Counted from the first letter of the stretch, positions 1 through 8,732 are shown. The stretch: DNA of 56,705 nucleotides from Desulfobacteraceae bacterium (GCA_011390135.1 JAABSZ010000006.1:1-56705), one strand, 5' to 3'. Numbers and translations: made by a program. The notes: a model not told the origin generated them from the sequence alone.

Positions 1-192
1 AAGCTACCGAGCAAGTCACCCCGGAAGTTACCACGGAGGCTACCACGGAAGCTACCGAGCAAGTCACCCCGGAAGTTACCACGGAGGCTACCACGGAAGC
101 TACCGAGCAAGTCACCCCGGAAGTTACCACGGAGGCTACCACGGAGTACCGAGCAAGTTACCGAGCAAGTTACCGAGCAAGTTACCACGGAG
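1..192 (+). repeat. 48-bp tandem repeat (3 copies) followed by 12-bp accgagcaagtt repeats
   Basis: Unit gctaccgagcaagtcaccccggaagttaccacggaggctaccacgga(a/g) at 3, 51 and 99; then accgagcaagtt x3 from 148. Confidence 0.95.
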
Positions 193-417
193 GCTGAGGA
201 GAAAGCAGAAAGGGTAAAAAAAATAATAGAATTTTGCCAGACGCCGAAGAGCAGCAAAGAAATACAGAAACATATTGGAATCAGAAACAGTGAATATTTC
301 AGGAAATACATCCTCCGACCATTATTGGAGAAAGAGATTCTAGCCCCCACGATTCCGGACAAGCCAAGCAGCCCGAACCAAAAATACTACGCCCCAAACG
401 GACACCCCCCGAAATGA
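1..417 (+). CDS. 3' end of a Fic/RecG-C-type protein with TEQV-like repeats and a C-terminal HTH (partial, apparent frame break near 147)
   Basis: Frame +1 from 148 reads TEQVTEQVTEQVTTEAEEKAERVKKIIEFCQTPKSSKEIQKHIGIRNSEYFRKYILRPLLEKEILAPTIPDKPSSPNQKYY, the typical 'TIPDKPxSxxQKY' tail of Fic/RecG-C HTH proteins. The TGA at 415-417 overlaps the hsdM ATG. Confidence 0.7.
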   Translation, partial: KLPSKSPRKLPRRLPRKLPSKSPRKLPRRLPRKLPSKSPRKLPRRLPRSTEQVTEQVTEQVTTEAEEKAERVKKIIEFCQTPKSSKEIQKHIGIRNSEYFRKYILRPLLEKEILAPTIPDKPSSPNQKYYAPNGHPPK

Positions 418-1895
418 ACGACACCGCAACCATCATCTCGAAAGTCTGGAGCTTCTGCCACACCCTCAGAGACGACGGCGTGGGCTACGGCGATTATCTG
501 GAGCAGCTCACCTATCTGCTCTTTCTCAAGATGGCCGACGAATACAGCCGGATCTACAAAAAAGAGGTCGGCATTCCCCCGGAATACAACTGGGAGAGCC
601 TGAAGAGCAAAAAGGGCCCGGACCTCGAAACCCACTACATCAAAACCCTCCGGGAGCTGGGGAGACAAAAGGGGATGATCGGCCAGATCTTCGTCAAATC
701 CCAGAACCAGATCCAGGACCCGGCAAAACTCTACAAGATCATCCACATGATCGACGCGGAGGACTGGGTCATGATGGGCGCGGACGTAAAGGGCGACATC
801 TATGAGGGCCTCCTGGAGAAGAACGCGGAGGATGTGAAGAGCGGCGCCGGCCAGTACTTCACCCCCAGAGCCCTGATCCGCGCGATGGTCCAATGCATCC
901 GCCCCGAACCCAGCAAGACCATCGCGGACCCCGCGTGCGGCACCGGCGGCTTCTTTCTCGCGGCCTACGACTTCCTGATCGAAAACTACAGCCTGGACCG
1001 GGACCAGAAAATCTTTTTGAAAAACCGCACCTTCTTTGGAAACGAGATCGTGGCCAACGCGCGGCGGATGGCGCTCATGAACATGTTTCTGCACAACATC
1101 GGCGAGATCACCGGAGAGCCGGCCATCTCCGCCAACGATGCCCTGATCGCAGACACCGGAGCCCGGTACGACTACGTCCTCACCAACCCGCCCTTCGGCA
1201 AGAAGAGCAGCATCACCATCACCAACGGCGAAGGCAAACAGGAGAAAGAGGATCTCAAGTACAACCGGCAGGACTTCTGGGCCACCACCTCCAACAAGCA
1301 GCTCAATTTCGTCCAGCACGTCCGCACCCTGCTCAGGACAACCGGAGCCGCGGCCGTGGTGGTTCCCGACAACGTCCTCTTCGAAGGCGGCGCAGGAGAG
1401 ACGGTCCGGCGAAAGCTGATCCAGACCACGGATCTGCATACCATCCTCCGCCTGCCCACCGGCATCTTCTATGCACAGGGCGTGAAGGCCAACGTCATAT
1501 TCTTCGAAAACCGGCCGGCCGCCAAAGACCCCTGGACAAAAGAGATATGGTTTTACGACTTCCGCACCAACATCCACTTCACCAAAAAGAAGAACCAGAT
1601 GACCTACGAAGACCTCAAGGAGTTCATCGAGTGTTACAATCCGGGAAACCGCCATAACCGCACCCAGACCTGGTCCGAAACCGACCCGGATGGCCGATGG
1701 CGCAGATTTCCCCGGGAGGAGATCCTGGCAAGGGACAAGACAAGCCTCGACATCTTCTGGATCAGAGACAAAAGCCTTGCGGACCTGGAGAACCTGCCGG
1801 ACCCGGATCTGCTGGCCGAATCGATCATCGAAAACCTGGAGGCGGGGCTGGAGAGCTTCAAGCAGATTGTGGAAGCGATCAACGGGGCAGAATGA
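414..1895 (+). CDS. hsdM: Type I restriction-modification methyltransferase subunit M
   Basis: 493 aa; GQYFTP, motif I DPACGTGGF, motif IV NPPF, HsdM N-terminal domain. Confidence 0.95.
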   Translation: MNDTATIISKVWSFCHTLRDDGVGYGDYLEQLTYLLFLKMADEYSRIYKKEVGIPPEYNWESLKSKKGPDLETHYIKTLRELGRQKGMIGQIFVKSQNQIQDPAKLYKIIHMIDAEDWVMMGADVKGDIYEGLLEKNAEDVKSGAGQYFTPRALIRAMVQCIRPEPSKTIADPACGTGGFFLAAYDFLIENYSLDRDQKIFLKNRTFFGNEIVANARRMALMNMFLHNIGEITGEPAISANDALIADTGARYDYVLTNPPFGKKSSITITNGEGKQEKEDLKYNRQDFWATTSNKQLNFVQHVRTLLRTTGAAAVVVPDNVLFEGGAGETVRRKLIQTTDLHTILRLPTGIFYAQGVKANVIFFENRPAAKDPWTKEIWFYDFRTNIHFTKKKNQMTYEDLKEFIECYNPGNRHNRTQTWSETDPDGRWRRFPREEILARDKTSLDIFWIRDKSLADLENLPDPDLLAESIIENLEAGLESFKQIVEAINGAE

Positions 1896-1911
1896 TCACA
1901 GGAGAATCACC

Positions 1912-2187
1912 ATGAAAGAAAGAACGGTCGATATCTGTTTTCCGATAGATGAAAATATACTGTTGTCTGCCAGACAATCAAAAGAAGAATTCAAAAAAGA
2001 GATTCTCTATTTAACGGCCTTGCATTTCTATCGGAAAAGAAGACTCTCGCTGGGAAAGGCCGCTGAGCTTGCGGGATATAGGCGGATGGAATTTATCGAG
2101 AAGCTGCAGCGGGAAAAGGAGTACATCTTTGATTATACCGATGCGGAAATCGAAGAGATATTTGAAGATGCGGATAAAATCGAATGA
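1912..2187 (+). CDS. UPF0175-family predicted antitoxin
   Basis: 91 aa from the ATG at 1912 with RBS ggag; LSLGKAAELAG..RMEFIEKL signature. Confidence 0.85.
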   Translation: MKERTVDICFPIDENILLSARQSKEEFKKEILYLTALHFYRKRRLSLGKAAELAGYRRMEFIEKLQREKEYIFDYTDAEIEEIFEDADKIE

Positions 2188-2264
2188 TGGTGCTCAAATC
2201 CAATATCGGAGATTACAACGAGTGCATTTCCACAAAACCGGCATTCAGCCAGAGCCGATGAAGC
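2188..2264 (+). repeat. Direct-repeat copy of the 3' end of the Cys-rich repeat gene (matches 3427-3503)
   Basis: 77 bp with 5 mismatches, including the stop codon and the bases just after it. Confidence 0.92.
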
Positions 2265-2282
2265 CTGCCCATAGGATCAGAT

Positions 2283-2528
2283 ATGTCAATCAAAGAACAA
2301 CTCAAAGACGAAATCGATCACCTTGATGAACATTATCTGGAGCTGCTTCATAAAATCATCCGCCAGTTTCCCCATGCTCCGGAAAAGCATCAGGAAGAAA
2401 AGAGCGGTAAAAAAGTTGCGGCCCTTTTTAAGGAGATCGCCGACGCGGGGGACATCGGGATTCGAAATCCGGAGAAATGGCAGCAGGAAAATCGGAAAGA
2501 TCGACCTTTGCCATTCAGAGAGCAATAA
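2283..2528 (+). CDS. Small hypothetical protein, probable DUF2281-like antitoxin
   Basis: 81 aa: MSIKEQLKDEIDHL...IRNPEKWQQENRKDRPLPFRE. Its stop overlaps the ATG of a PIN-like stub. Confidence 0.6.
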   Translation: MSIKEQLKDEIDHLDEHYLELLHKIIRQFPHAPEKHQEEKSGKKVAALFKEIADAGDIGIRNPEKWQQENRKDRPLPFREQ

Positions 2529-2566
2529 TGGTACTGGACAGCTTTTCTTTCAATATCAACCTGTAG
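2528..2566 (+). pseudogene. Possible 5' stub of a PIN/VapC toxin
   Basis: TAATG coupling, then MVLDS (PIN N-terminal 'xxLDS/TN' motif), diverging and stopping after 12 codons. Confidence 0.4.
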
Positions 2567-2594
2567 TATTTTTCAACAGAATGGAGGATTTCCC

Positions 2595-3500
2595 ATGAAA
2601 AGAGCAAGCTGGATCTGCACAATATCGGCCTTCCTTCTGGCATCAACAATTTCAACCGCATCAATGGCCGGTTCCTTATGCACCTGCGAGGACTGGGACA
2701 AGGACGGCCGATATGGCGTCGTGCTGAACCGAGACGGGAAAAAGAGCGTTTTGCAGTCCAACAGAGGGGATTACAGCGAGTGCATGGGGATTCTGGCAAC
2801 CCTAGAGCAGTGCCAAACCGTCCCTGTCTCGGAGCCGAATGCCTCCCTATGCACCTGCGAGGACTGGGACAAGGACGGCCGATATGGTGTTGTGCTCAAC
2901 AGCGACGGCAAAAAGAGCGTCTTGAAATCCAACAGGGGGGATTACAACCAGTGCATGGAGGTTCTCGCGACATTGGATCAGTGCCAAACAGCGCCTGCCC
3001 CGGATCTGAATGCATCCCCATGCACCTGCGAGGACTGGGACAAGGACGGCAGATACGGTGTCGTGTTCAACAGCGATGGCAAAAAGAGCGTACTGAAATC
3101 CAACAGGGGGGATTACAGCCAGTGCATGGCGGTTCTGGCGACCCTGGATCAGTGCAAACCTGCCCCTGCCCCGGATCTGGCCGGCTCCATCTGCACCTGC
3201 GAGGATTGGGACAAGGACGGCCGCTTCGGTCTCGTACTCTATCAGGCTCGAAAAGAGAGGCCAAAGGTGTTGAAATCGAACGTGGGGGATTATTATAAGT
3301 GCAACGCCTTCAAATCGAACCTGGATAAGTGCAGCCAAGCGGGAAACCTCTGTGCCTGTGAGGACTGGGACAAGGATGGCCGTTTCGGTGTGGTCTTGTA
3401 CCAGGGCGTCGGCGCGGAAAAGCCTGTGGTGCTCAAATCCAATATTGGAGATTACAACGAGTGCATTTCCGCCAAACCGGCATTCAACCAGTGCCGATGA
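2595..3500 (+). CDS. Secreted cysteine-rich repeat protein (5 x CxCEDWDKDGRxGxV...KSNxGDYxxC...C)
   Basis: RBS ggagg, signal-peptide-like N-terminus, repeats starting at 2679, 2850, 3021, 3192 and 3351. Confidence 0.85.
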   Translation: MKRASWICTISAFLLASTISTASMAGSLCTCEDWDKDGRYGVVLNRDGKKSVLQSNRGDYSECMGILATLEQCQTVPVSEPNASLCTCEDWDKDGRYGVVLNSDGKKSVLKSNRGDYNQCMEVLATLDQCQTAPAPDLNASPCTCEDWDKDGRYGVVFNSDGKKSVLKSNRGDYSQCMAVLATLDQCKPAPAPDLAGSICTCEDWDKDGRFGLVLYQARKERPKVLKSNVGDYYKCNAFKSNLDKCSQAGNLCACEDWDKDGRFGVVLYQGVGAEKPVVLKSNIGDYNECISAKPAFNQCR

Positions 3501-3534
3501 AGCTCGGTCATAGAAGAGGAGATTTTTCATCAAG

Positions 3535-4317
3535 ATGGCAACAAAAAAGAAGAAAAAGAGAAAACGAAATCCAAAAAGAAAAACCCTGAAAGCCAAACTT
3601 GCAGAAAAGAAGGGGATAAACCCCATTGCCTTTACCACCACCGGCGAAGCCTTTCAGCCCGTCCGCATACATTATGAAGTCTCCGACCCGGAGACCCTGC
3701 AGAAGCGGTTTTCGGAGATGGAGTGCATGGATTACGACCCGAATGAAAAGCGGTGGGTCTGGGGGTATACCGGAGAGGCCGAAAAACTGGAATTCGAACA
3801 GCGGCCCATCACGGAAAACCCGATCGTGCTGGGGGAGTTCATCGCCTCAGATGGCGGGGAGTATGTTCTGAATCTCCGATCACCGGAGAGAGCCGTCAAA
3901 GCGATCCAATTCTTCGACGAATATGTTCCCCGCTCCGCGGCCCAAGCCACCCATGTTTCCGCCAGCTATAAATTGTTCAGCCTGGCGGAAGCGACTGCAT
4001 TGCCCTCATTGCACCAGTTTTTCGAAAAAGGAGAACTGAACGTAAAAGACCCTGAAAAGATCACCCGGAAACTCATCGAACTGAAAGCCAGTACGGATGA
4101 TGAAGCAGAGCAGAAAAGAGTCGTCGATCAATATATTGAAGAACTCGCAAATGAAAAAATCCCGGAGATCGAAAAATTTTCGATACACTATTATGAGGAC
4201 GGAATCGAAGCGCTGCAATTCTCTCTGTCGATCCATAAACGGGTGGCTTTGGAACACTGGAAAGGGAATACCGGCTATACACCAATGAATGCGGTACAGG
4301 ACATGACAAGATTATGA
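3535..4317 (+). CDS. Hypothetical protein
   Basis: 260-aa ORF with RBS gaggag and a Lys-rich N-terminus; no recognised motif. Confidence 0.75.
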   Translation: MATKKKKKRKRNPKRKTLKAKLAEKKGINPIAFTTTGEAFQPVRIHYEVSDPETLQKRFSEMECMDYDPNEKRWVWGYTGEAEKLEFEQRPITENPIVLGEFIASDGGEYVLNLRSPERAVKAIQFFDEYVPRSAAQATHVSASYKLFSLAEATALPSLHQFFEKGELNVKDPEKITRKLIELKASTDDEAEQKRVVDQYIEELANEKIPEIEKFSIHYYEDGIEALQFSLSIHKRVALEHWKGNTGYTPMNAVQDMTRL

Positions 4318-4401
4318 TGATCAGATCCGATACATGGGGATCTGGCCGTGGACATATCCGCCTTTTCCACAAAGTGCCACAATTATTGCGGAGGTGATTT
4401 G

Positions 4402-4707
4402 ATGAGCAAAGAAATCCTTACGCCCGAGAGGCTTCGAACCCTGCTGGCGAGCTTCAAAAAGGAACACGGAAAGGAGTATCGCCTGCGCATGATCGGCTAT
4501 TTCGGCTCTTATGCCAAAAATACCGCTAATTTTGAAAGCGATGTGGATATCGTATTCGATACGGACGCCCCCAATCTGTTCATGACCGTAATGATGAAAC
4601 AGGATCTGGAAAATTGGCTGGGAAGACCGGTGGATGTGCTGCAGTTGCGGGGCTTGAGCAATCCCCGGCTAAAGGCGAGAATCGAGAAGGAGGCAGTGTA
4701 TGTATGA
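4402..4707 (+). CDS. Minimal nucleotidyltransferase (MNT) antitoxin
   Basis: RBS ggaggtg; FGSYA...ESDVD and RPVDV motifs. Confidence 0.9.
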   Translation: MSKEILTPERLRTLLASFKKEHGKEYRLRMIGYFGSYAKNTANFESDVDIVFDTDAPNLFMTVMMKQDLENWLGRPVDVLQLRGLSNPRLKARIEKEAVYV

Positions 4708-4866
4708 CCCGGAGGTGCTGGTCGATAAGCTGAAAACAGTGCTGGATGCCCTGGAAAGAATGCCGAGCAGTTGTTCGATATCTGCGAGAAAGATATTCCG
4801 GACTTGATCGAAACGATCAGGAGAATGATCAAGGACATTGAAAGTTCAGCCGATAAAAACCCTTAA
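4700..4866 (+). pseudogene. HEPN/DUF86 toxin with a large internal deletion and frameshift
   Basis: N-terminus MYDPEVLVDKLKTVLDALER is fused out of frame near 4760 to the C-terminus NAEQLFDICEKDIPDLIETIRRMIKDI. No RxxxxH motif remains. Confidence 0.8.
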
Positions 4867-4888
4867 AATCATAATCGCAGGCAAATAA

Positions 4889-4921
4889 CAAGCCCCGCAT
4901 CCAAAAAGAACGCGGGGCTTG
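4889..4921. terminator. Probable bidirectional intrinsic terminator
   Basis: caagccccgc...gcggggcttg stem between convergent genes. Confidence 0.7.
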
Positions 4922-4979
4922 CTGTATTAAAGGGTTTTGTTTTCAGCGGACGATCAACAGCATCGCCGCCTGAGAATGA

Positions 4980-6953
4980 TCAATAGACGGTCGTCGGCTC
5001 CATCACGATGACCGGCTCGACATTCGCGTCGCTTTTCAGCTCCAGACGGAACTTGCTCTTGCCGACCTTTGCGCCCTTGGCCGTCACGTTCCAGGAGAAC
5101 ACCTCGCCCGGCGGCAGGGACTTGATGGTCGCGAAATCGACATTCTGGCCTTTTGCGCTCACCTTGGTGTCGCCTTCGCCGCTCACAAAGGTGAGTTCCG
5201 GCGGCAGCTTTCCGACCAGCTTGATATTCAGATCCTCGGCCGAGCCCTGATTCTTCACCCTGATCTCGTAGACCGTCTCCTGCCCAACCTTCACCGGATC
5301 GACCCGGTCAATGGTCTCGATGAGGATTGCGGGGATACCGAGGACATTGGTGGTGACCTTTGCGACCCTGGCCATTGCGCAGTAGGCATTGGCCGCAGCC
5401 TCGATGGTCAGCTTGCCGATATCGGTCGCGTCATAGGTGACGGAGAATTCCCGGGACTCGCCGCCATCCAGCCTGCCGATGTCGAACTGATCCCCCTCCA
5501 TCTCCACTTTCTGAGTGGAGGTGGTCATATTCTTGATGGGCTGGGGCAGACTCAGCTTCACCACGGTTTTAAAGGCCGGAATGTCGCTGGTGTTCTCCAG
5601 GCGGATCTTGTAGGTGAGGGAGCGGCCCAGATACTCCTTCATGGGGCCGTCCATGGAAAGAGCCAGCTCCGGCTTGACCAGACGGACCCCGCTTCTGTCG
5701 GAATGGACGGTCAGTTTCCCGGTGGTCGCGCTGGCCCGTCCTGAAAATTCTGTGGGCTCTCCGGCCTTGATCATGACCTGCTTTTCCACCTTCTGTCCGC
5801 TGCCCAGGGATTCCACGGGGATGGAGACATTTCCTTTCCCCTCCTGCGGGGAGATCCCCTCGGGAAGCTCCTCTTTGATGGTCGCCTTTCCGGTTTTGCC
5901 TGTTCCGGTGTTCTCCAGAGTATAGACCATGTTGACATCGTCGCAGACATAGGCGATGTCGATGGTCTCGCCCTCGGTGTTGACGATCTTCCGGGTCAGC
6001 TCCAGCTCAGGCTTCACAATGTTGAAGGTGTTGCACAAAGAGGGCTCGAAATCGACGATGATGCAGGATCGGGCCTCTCCCTGATCCTTGGCCACGGCCT
6101 GCACCTGGATGGTGCGGCTCTCACCCGCGGCGAGGGTTCCGAGCTTCCACTCGTTCCGGTAGGTCTTCTCCTCTTGTTTCCTATCCGATTTGTCGCCGTA
6201 GGTCTTAAGATCCTTCTTCTCATCCACAACGATCAGATCGACGCTCTCCACCTCGATGTTGTCGGTGAGGTACTCCTTGATCACTACCTCGTGGACCGGG
6301 TACTGGGTCTCGTTGGTGATCCGAAGCGTGTATTCATAGGATTCGTTTGCGCGAACCTGCTGCAGCCCCTCCCGCTCCAGAACGATCTGGCCGTCGCCCC
6401 CGGGTGCGGGAAAGGTGAGTGCCGATACCATTCTGTCACCTTCGCGATATTCACGCTGCTGCTCTCTTGTGCCATCTTTTTCCTGTCGCTGCTGCTGTGC
6501 TTCCTTTCGGGCCTGCTCCTCCTTCTGCCGGCTCTGCTGCTGCTGAGCCTCTTCATCTACGCTGACCACCCGATAGGTGCGCCGGATGTACTGCCGTGAT
6601 TCCCCCTCCTCATATTCCGGAAGGTTTTCGAGTTCCTCCTGGGTTCCGGCAAAGACCACATAGTCGATGCCGCGCTGCTGCAACTGATCGTAGGGCACGA
6701 TCACCTTGTCCTGGCCGAGCCCCAGAAATCCGCCGATCTCTAAAACCGCATAGATTTTTCCGTCCGGGGTGACGATGATGTTTTCCACATCGCCGACCTC
6801 CTCGCCCTGGACATCCCGGACCGCAAAGTCGACGATCTTCATGGCCTCGGACCGTTTGGCATTCTCCTGTCCGCTCTGGGCGAAAGCCAGGGGTAGCGCC
6901 AGCATCAGTACCATCAGAAAGATCACCAATTGAAATCCTCTTTTTCCTGCCAC
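4980..6953 (-). CDS. Secreted PRC-barrel + DUF11-repeat protein, OmcB-like
   Basis: GTG at 6953 with RBS aaggagg (alternative ATG at 7028); signal peptide; PRC-barrel (GEEVGDVENII..GGFLGLG); repeated YxIxVxNxG modules; C-terminus DPVKVGQETVYEIRVKNQGSAED...EPTTVY. Confidence 0.8.
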   Translation of the reverse strand: MAGKRGFQLVIFLMVLMLALPLAFAQSGQENAKRSEAMKIVDFAVRDVQGEEVGDVENIIVTPDGKIYAVLEIGGFLGLGQDKVIVPYDQLQQRGIDYVVFAGTQEELENLPEYEEGESRQYIRRTYRVVSVDEEAQQQQSRQKEEQARKEAQQQRQEKDGTREQQREYREGDRMVSALTFPAPGGDGQIVLEREGLQQVRANESYEYTLRITNETQYPVHEVVIKEYLTDNIEVESVDLIVVDEKKDLKTYGDKSDRKQEEKTYRNEWKLGTLAAGESRTIQVQAVAKDQGEARSCIIVDFEPSLCNTFNIVKPELELTRKIVNTEGETIDIAYVCDDVNMVYTLENTGTGKTGKATIKEELPEGISPQEGKGNVSIPVESLGSGQKVEKQVMIKAGEPTEFSGRASATTGKLTVHSDRSGVRLVKPELALSMDGPMKEYLGRSLTYKIRLENTSDIPAFKTVVKLSLPQPIKNMTTSTQKVEMEGDQFDIGRLDGGESREFSVTYDATDIGKLTIEAAANAYCAMARVAKVTTNVLGIPAILIETIDRVDPVKVGQETVYEIRVKNQGSAEDLNIKLVGKLPPELTFVSGEGDTKVSAKGQNVDFATIKSLPPGEVFSWNVTAKGAKVGKSKFRLELKSDANVEPVIVMEPTTVY

Positions 6954-7065
6954 GTTTGCCTCCTTTTGAATTGGGGTTGATGTTCTCTTCTGCCGCTTGT
7001 GGAATTGTGCATGTTCCTGCTTATCCATGTTACACTTCCCCCTCCATATGGATATACGGCCCAAT

Positions 7066-7080
7066 GCTTATTCTCAGCCA
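7066..7080 (-). promoter_or_regulatory. Possible sigma-54 promoter of the OmcB-like gene
   Basis: Minus strand TGGCTGAGAATAAGC has correct GG-N10-GC spacing but a weak consensus. Confidence 0.3.
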
Positions 7081-7272
7081 TTGATGAAGGTATATTGCCG
7101 TGCCGATTCCTGAAAGCGGACCGTAGCGTATGGGAGCGGTTTGAAGATACGGTTTTTTTCCGGGAAAAATACCTTACTCCACTAGTTGATCCTTTTTAAA
7201 ACCTGGGGCAGAATAGGTGCAGGAAATGGTTTATGGGAATAGTGGCGTGATTTTTTAAAACGGGAGAATGCA

Positions 7273-8193
7273 ATGAAATTTAGAGGTCTTTCCAACCTTT
7301 GCCCATATCTTTGCTCATTTCTGGCAGGCTTTCTGCTGCTGGGAATGGCCGGTGTTCAAACCCTGCAATTCAAAGAGTCCTTTTCGCTGATGAATGTGCT
7401 GCTGCTGCTTGTAATCCTTTTGGCCTCCGGCGTCGGGATCTTCCGGGAGATCTGGGATGACAGAGAAGAGACCCTGGTGAGAACTTCCCGGGGGATGCGC
7501 TCCTCAGCACACTTGTTGAAGGGGGCCTTACAGACGGTGATCGCGACCGGGGAAGCCCAGGTCGAGGAGGGGCTGGAAGAGATCGAAAAGGCCGAGGATG
7601 CAACAAGGCAATTGAAAAAGGCTGGGCTTTATGCCCACCAGATCCGTTCGGATCTCAAACAGTTCAGTTGGCTCTGGCAGCGAATCTCCCGGAACATCTA
7701 TCAGTTTGAAAATGCCAAAAAGGATCGAGCGGTTCCATTTGAAACCGATGAACTGGCATCGGAGATGGACAAGACCCTGCGGTCTATGGAAAAGCATTTT
7801 ATTCTGCAGACCGACAAGATCTCGGCCGCATCCCGAACCTTAGTAGCATGGAGAGGCAATGCCAGAAGGCGGACATCGGCCGCAAGAATCGGTGCAAAGC
7901 GGTTCGAGCGGATGGATTACCACATGGATCTTTTTGCTGAATATGCGGATCAGATCATTGCGCTCTTTGGCGGCGGCCGAGAGGAGGGCCCGGAAGGGGA
8001 ACGGCTCCAGCGATTTTTCCAAGAGCCGAACCCCTTTACCGGATTTGCATGGGGGGAGGGCCGCTATGCAGCTCCGGACCGTATCTTGTCCGGAGATGAT
8101 CTGCAAGGCGGAGAATCGGACGGAAACCGAGGCCCCGGCGCAGAGTGCGACGCCAACGTGATCTTCTTAGACCTGCGGCGGCTCGAAAACTGA
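7273..8193 (+). CDS. Hypothetical membrane-anchored protein
   Basis: 306 aa, RBS gggag, two N-terminal hydrophobic helices followed by a helical region. Confidence 0.65.
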   Translation: MKFRGLSNLCPYLCSFLAGFLLLGMAGVQTLQFKESFSLMNVLLLLVILLASGVGIFREIWDDREETLVRTSRGMRSSAHLLKGALQTVIATGEAQVEEGLEEIEKAEDATRQLKKAGLYAHQIRSDLKQFSWLWQRISRNIYQFENAKKDRAVPFETDELASEMDKTLRSMEKHFILQTDKISAASRTLVAWRGNARRRTSAARIGAKRFERMDYHMDLFAEYADQIIALFGGGREEGPEGERLQRFFQEPNPFTGFAWGEGRYAAPDRILSGDDLQGGESDGNRGPGAECDANVIFLDLRRLEN

Positions 8194-8730
8194 CCGCCAC
8201 CGGCAGAATCGCTCCACCTGATCCTTTCCGTGGGGTGCGAGTTCTTCTATCACCTCTTGGGCCGGCTTCTCGCGGATGCTCTTTTTGGTGAAAAATTTGT
8301 CGGCATAGCAGACGATCTCCTCCTCCAGAGTTCGGGGGAGCATATCCCGATGGGGCAGGGGAAGGTTATGCCGGCCGATCTCCGCAAGCGAAATCCCCGC
8401 GCCCACATGGCGCTCGCAGACCAGCCCGTGGCGGGGAAACCCCTCCTGTTCCAGAATCTCCCTCCCCAGTATCCCGTGGCAGATATAGGGCAGCTTTCCC
8501 CGGCATCCGATGCCGGGCGCGTCTGTCTTGAAGATCCCGATGTCGTGGAGCAGCGCGGCCTCCCGGATGAATTCCCTGTCCGGATGGAGATGGGAGAGTC
8601 GATCTGCGATCCTGAGAGCTTTCTCCGCAACCAGCCTGCTGTGGCGGATCAGAATCATCCGGGTGATGGGATCATCATAATATTTGTAAATGATGGCCAT
8701 CGGGTCGATGGCGTTTGTGCTCATGCTCAT
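8167..8730 (-). CDS. HD (HDIG) domain phosphohydrolase
   Basis: HS...LLHDIG...HG...ERHVG...YADKF. Confidence 0.9.
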   Translation of the reverse strand: MSMSTNAIDPMAIIYKYYDDPITRMILIRHSRLVAEKALRIADRLSHLHPDREFIREAALLHDIGIFKTDAPGIGCRGKLPYICHGILGREILEQEGFPRHGLVCERHVGAGISLAEIGRHNLPLPHRDMLPRTLEEEIVCYADKFFTKKSIREKPAQEVIEELAPHGKDQVERFCRWRSVFEPPQV

Positions 8731-8732
8731 AT

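Noticed and set aside
2188-3503. Diversity-generating retroelement TR/VR pair
   Set aside because: The repeat does cover a gene 3' end and 3 of 5 mismatches are at adenines of the upstream copy, but two are not, the repeat is short, and no reverse transcriptase is present in the window.
1900-4900. Integron cassette array
   Set aside because: Small same-strand genes fit the pattern, but I found no attC-like RYYYAAC...GTTRRRY sites and no integrase.
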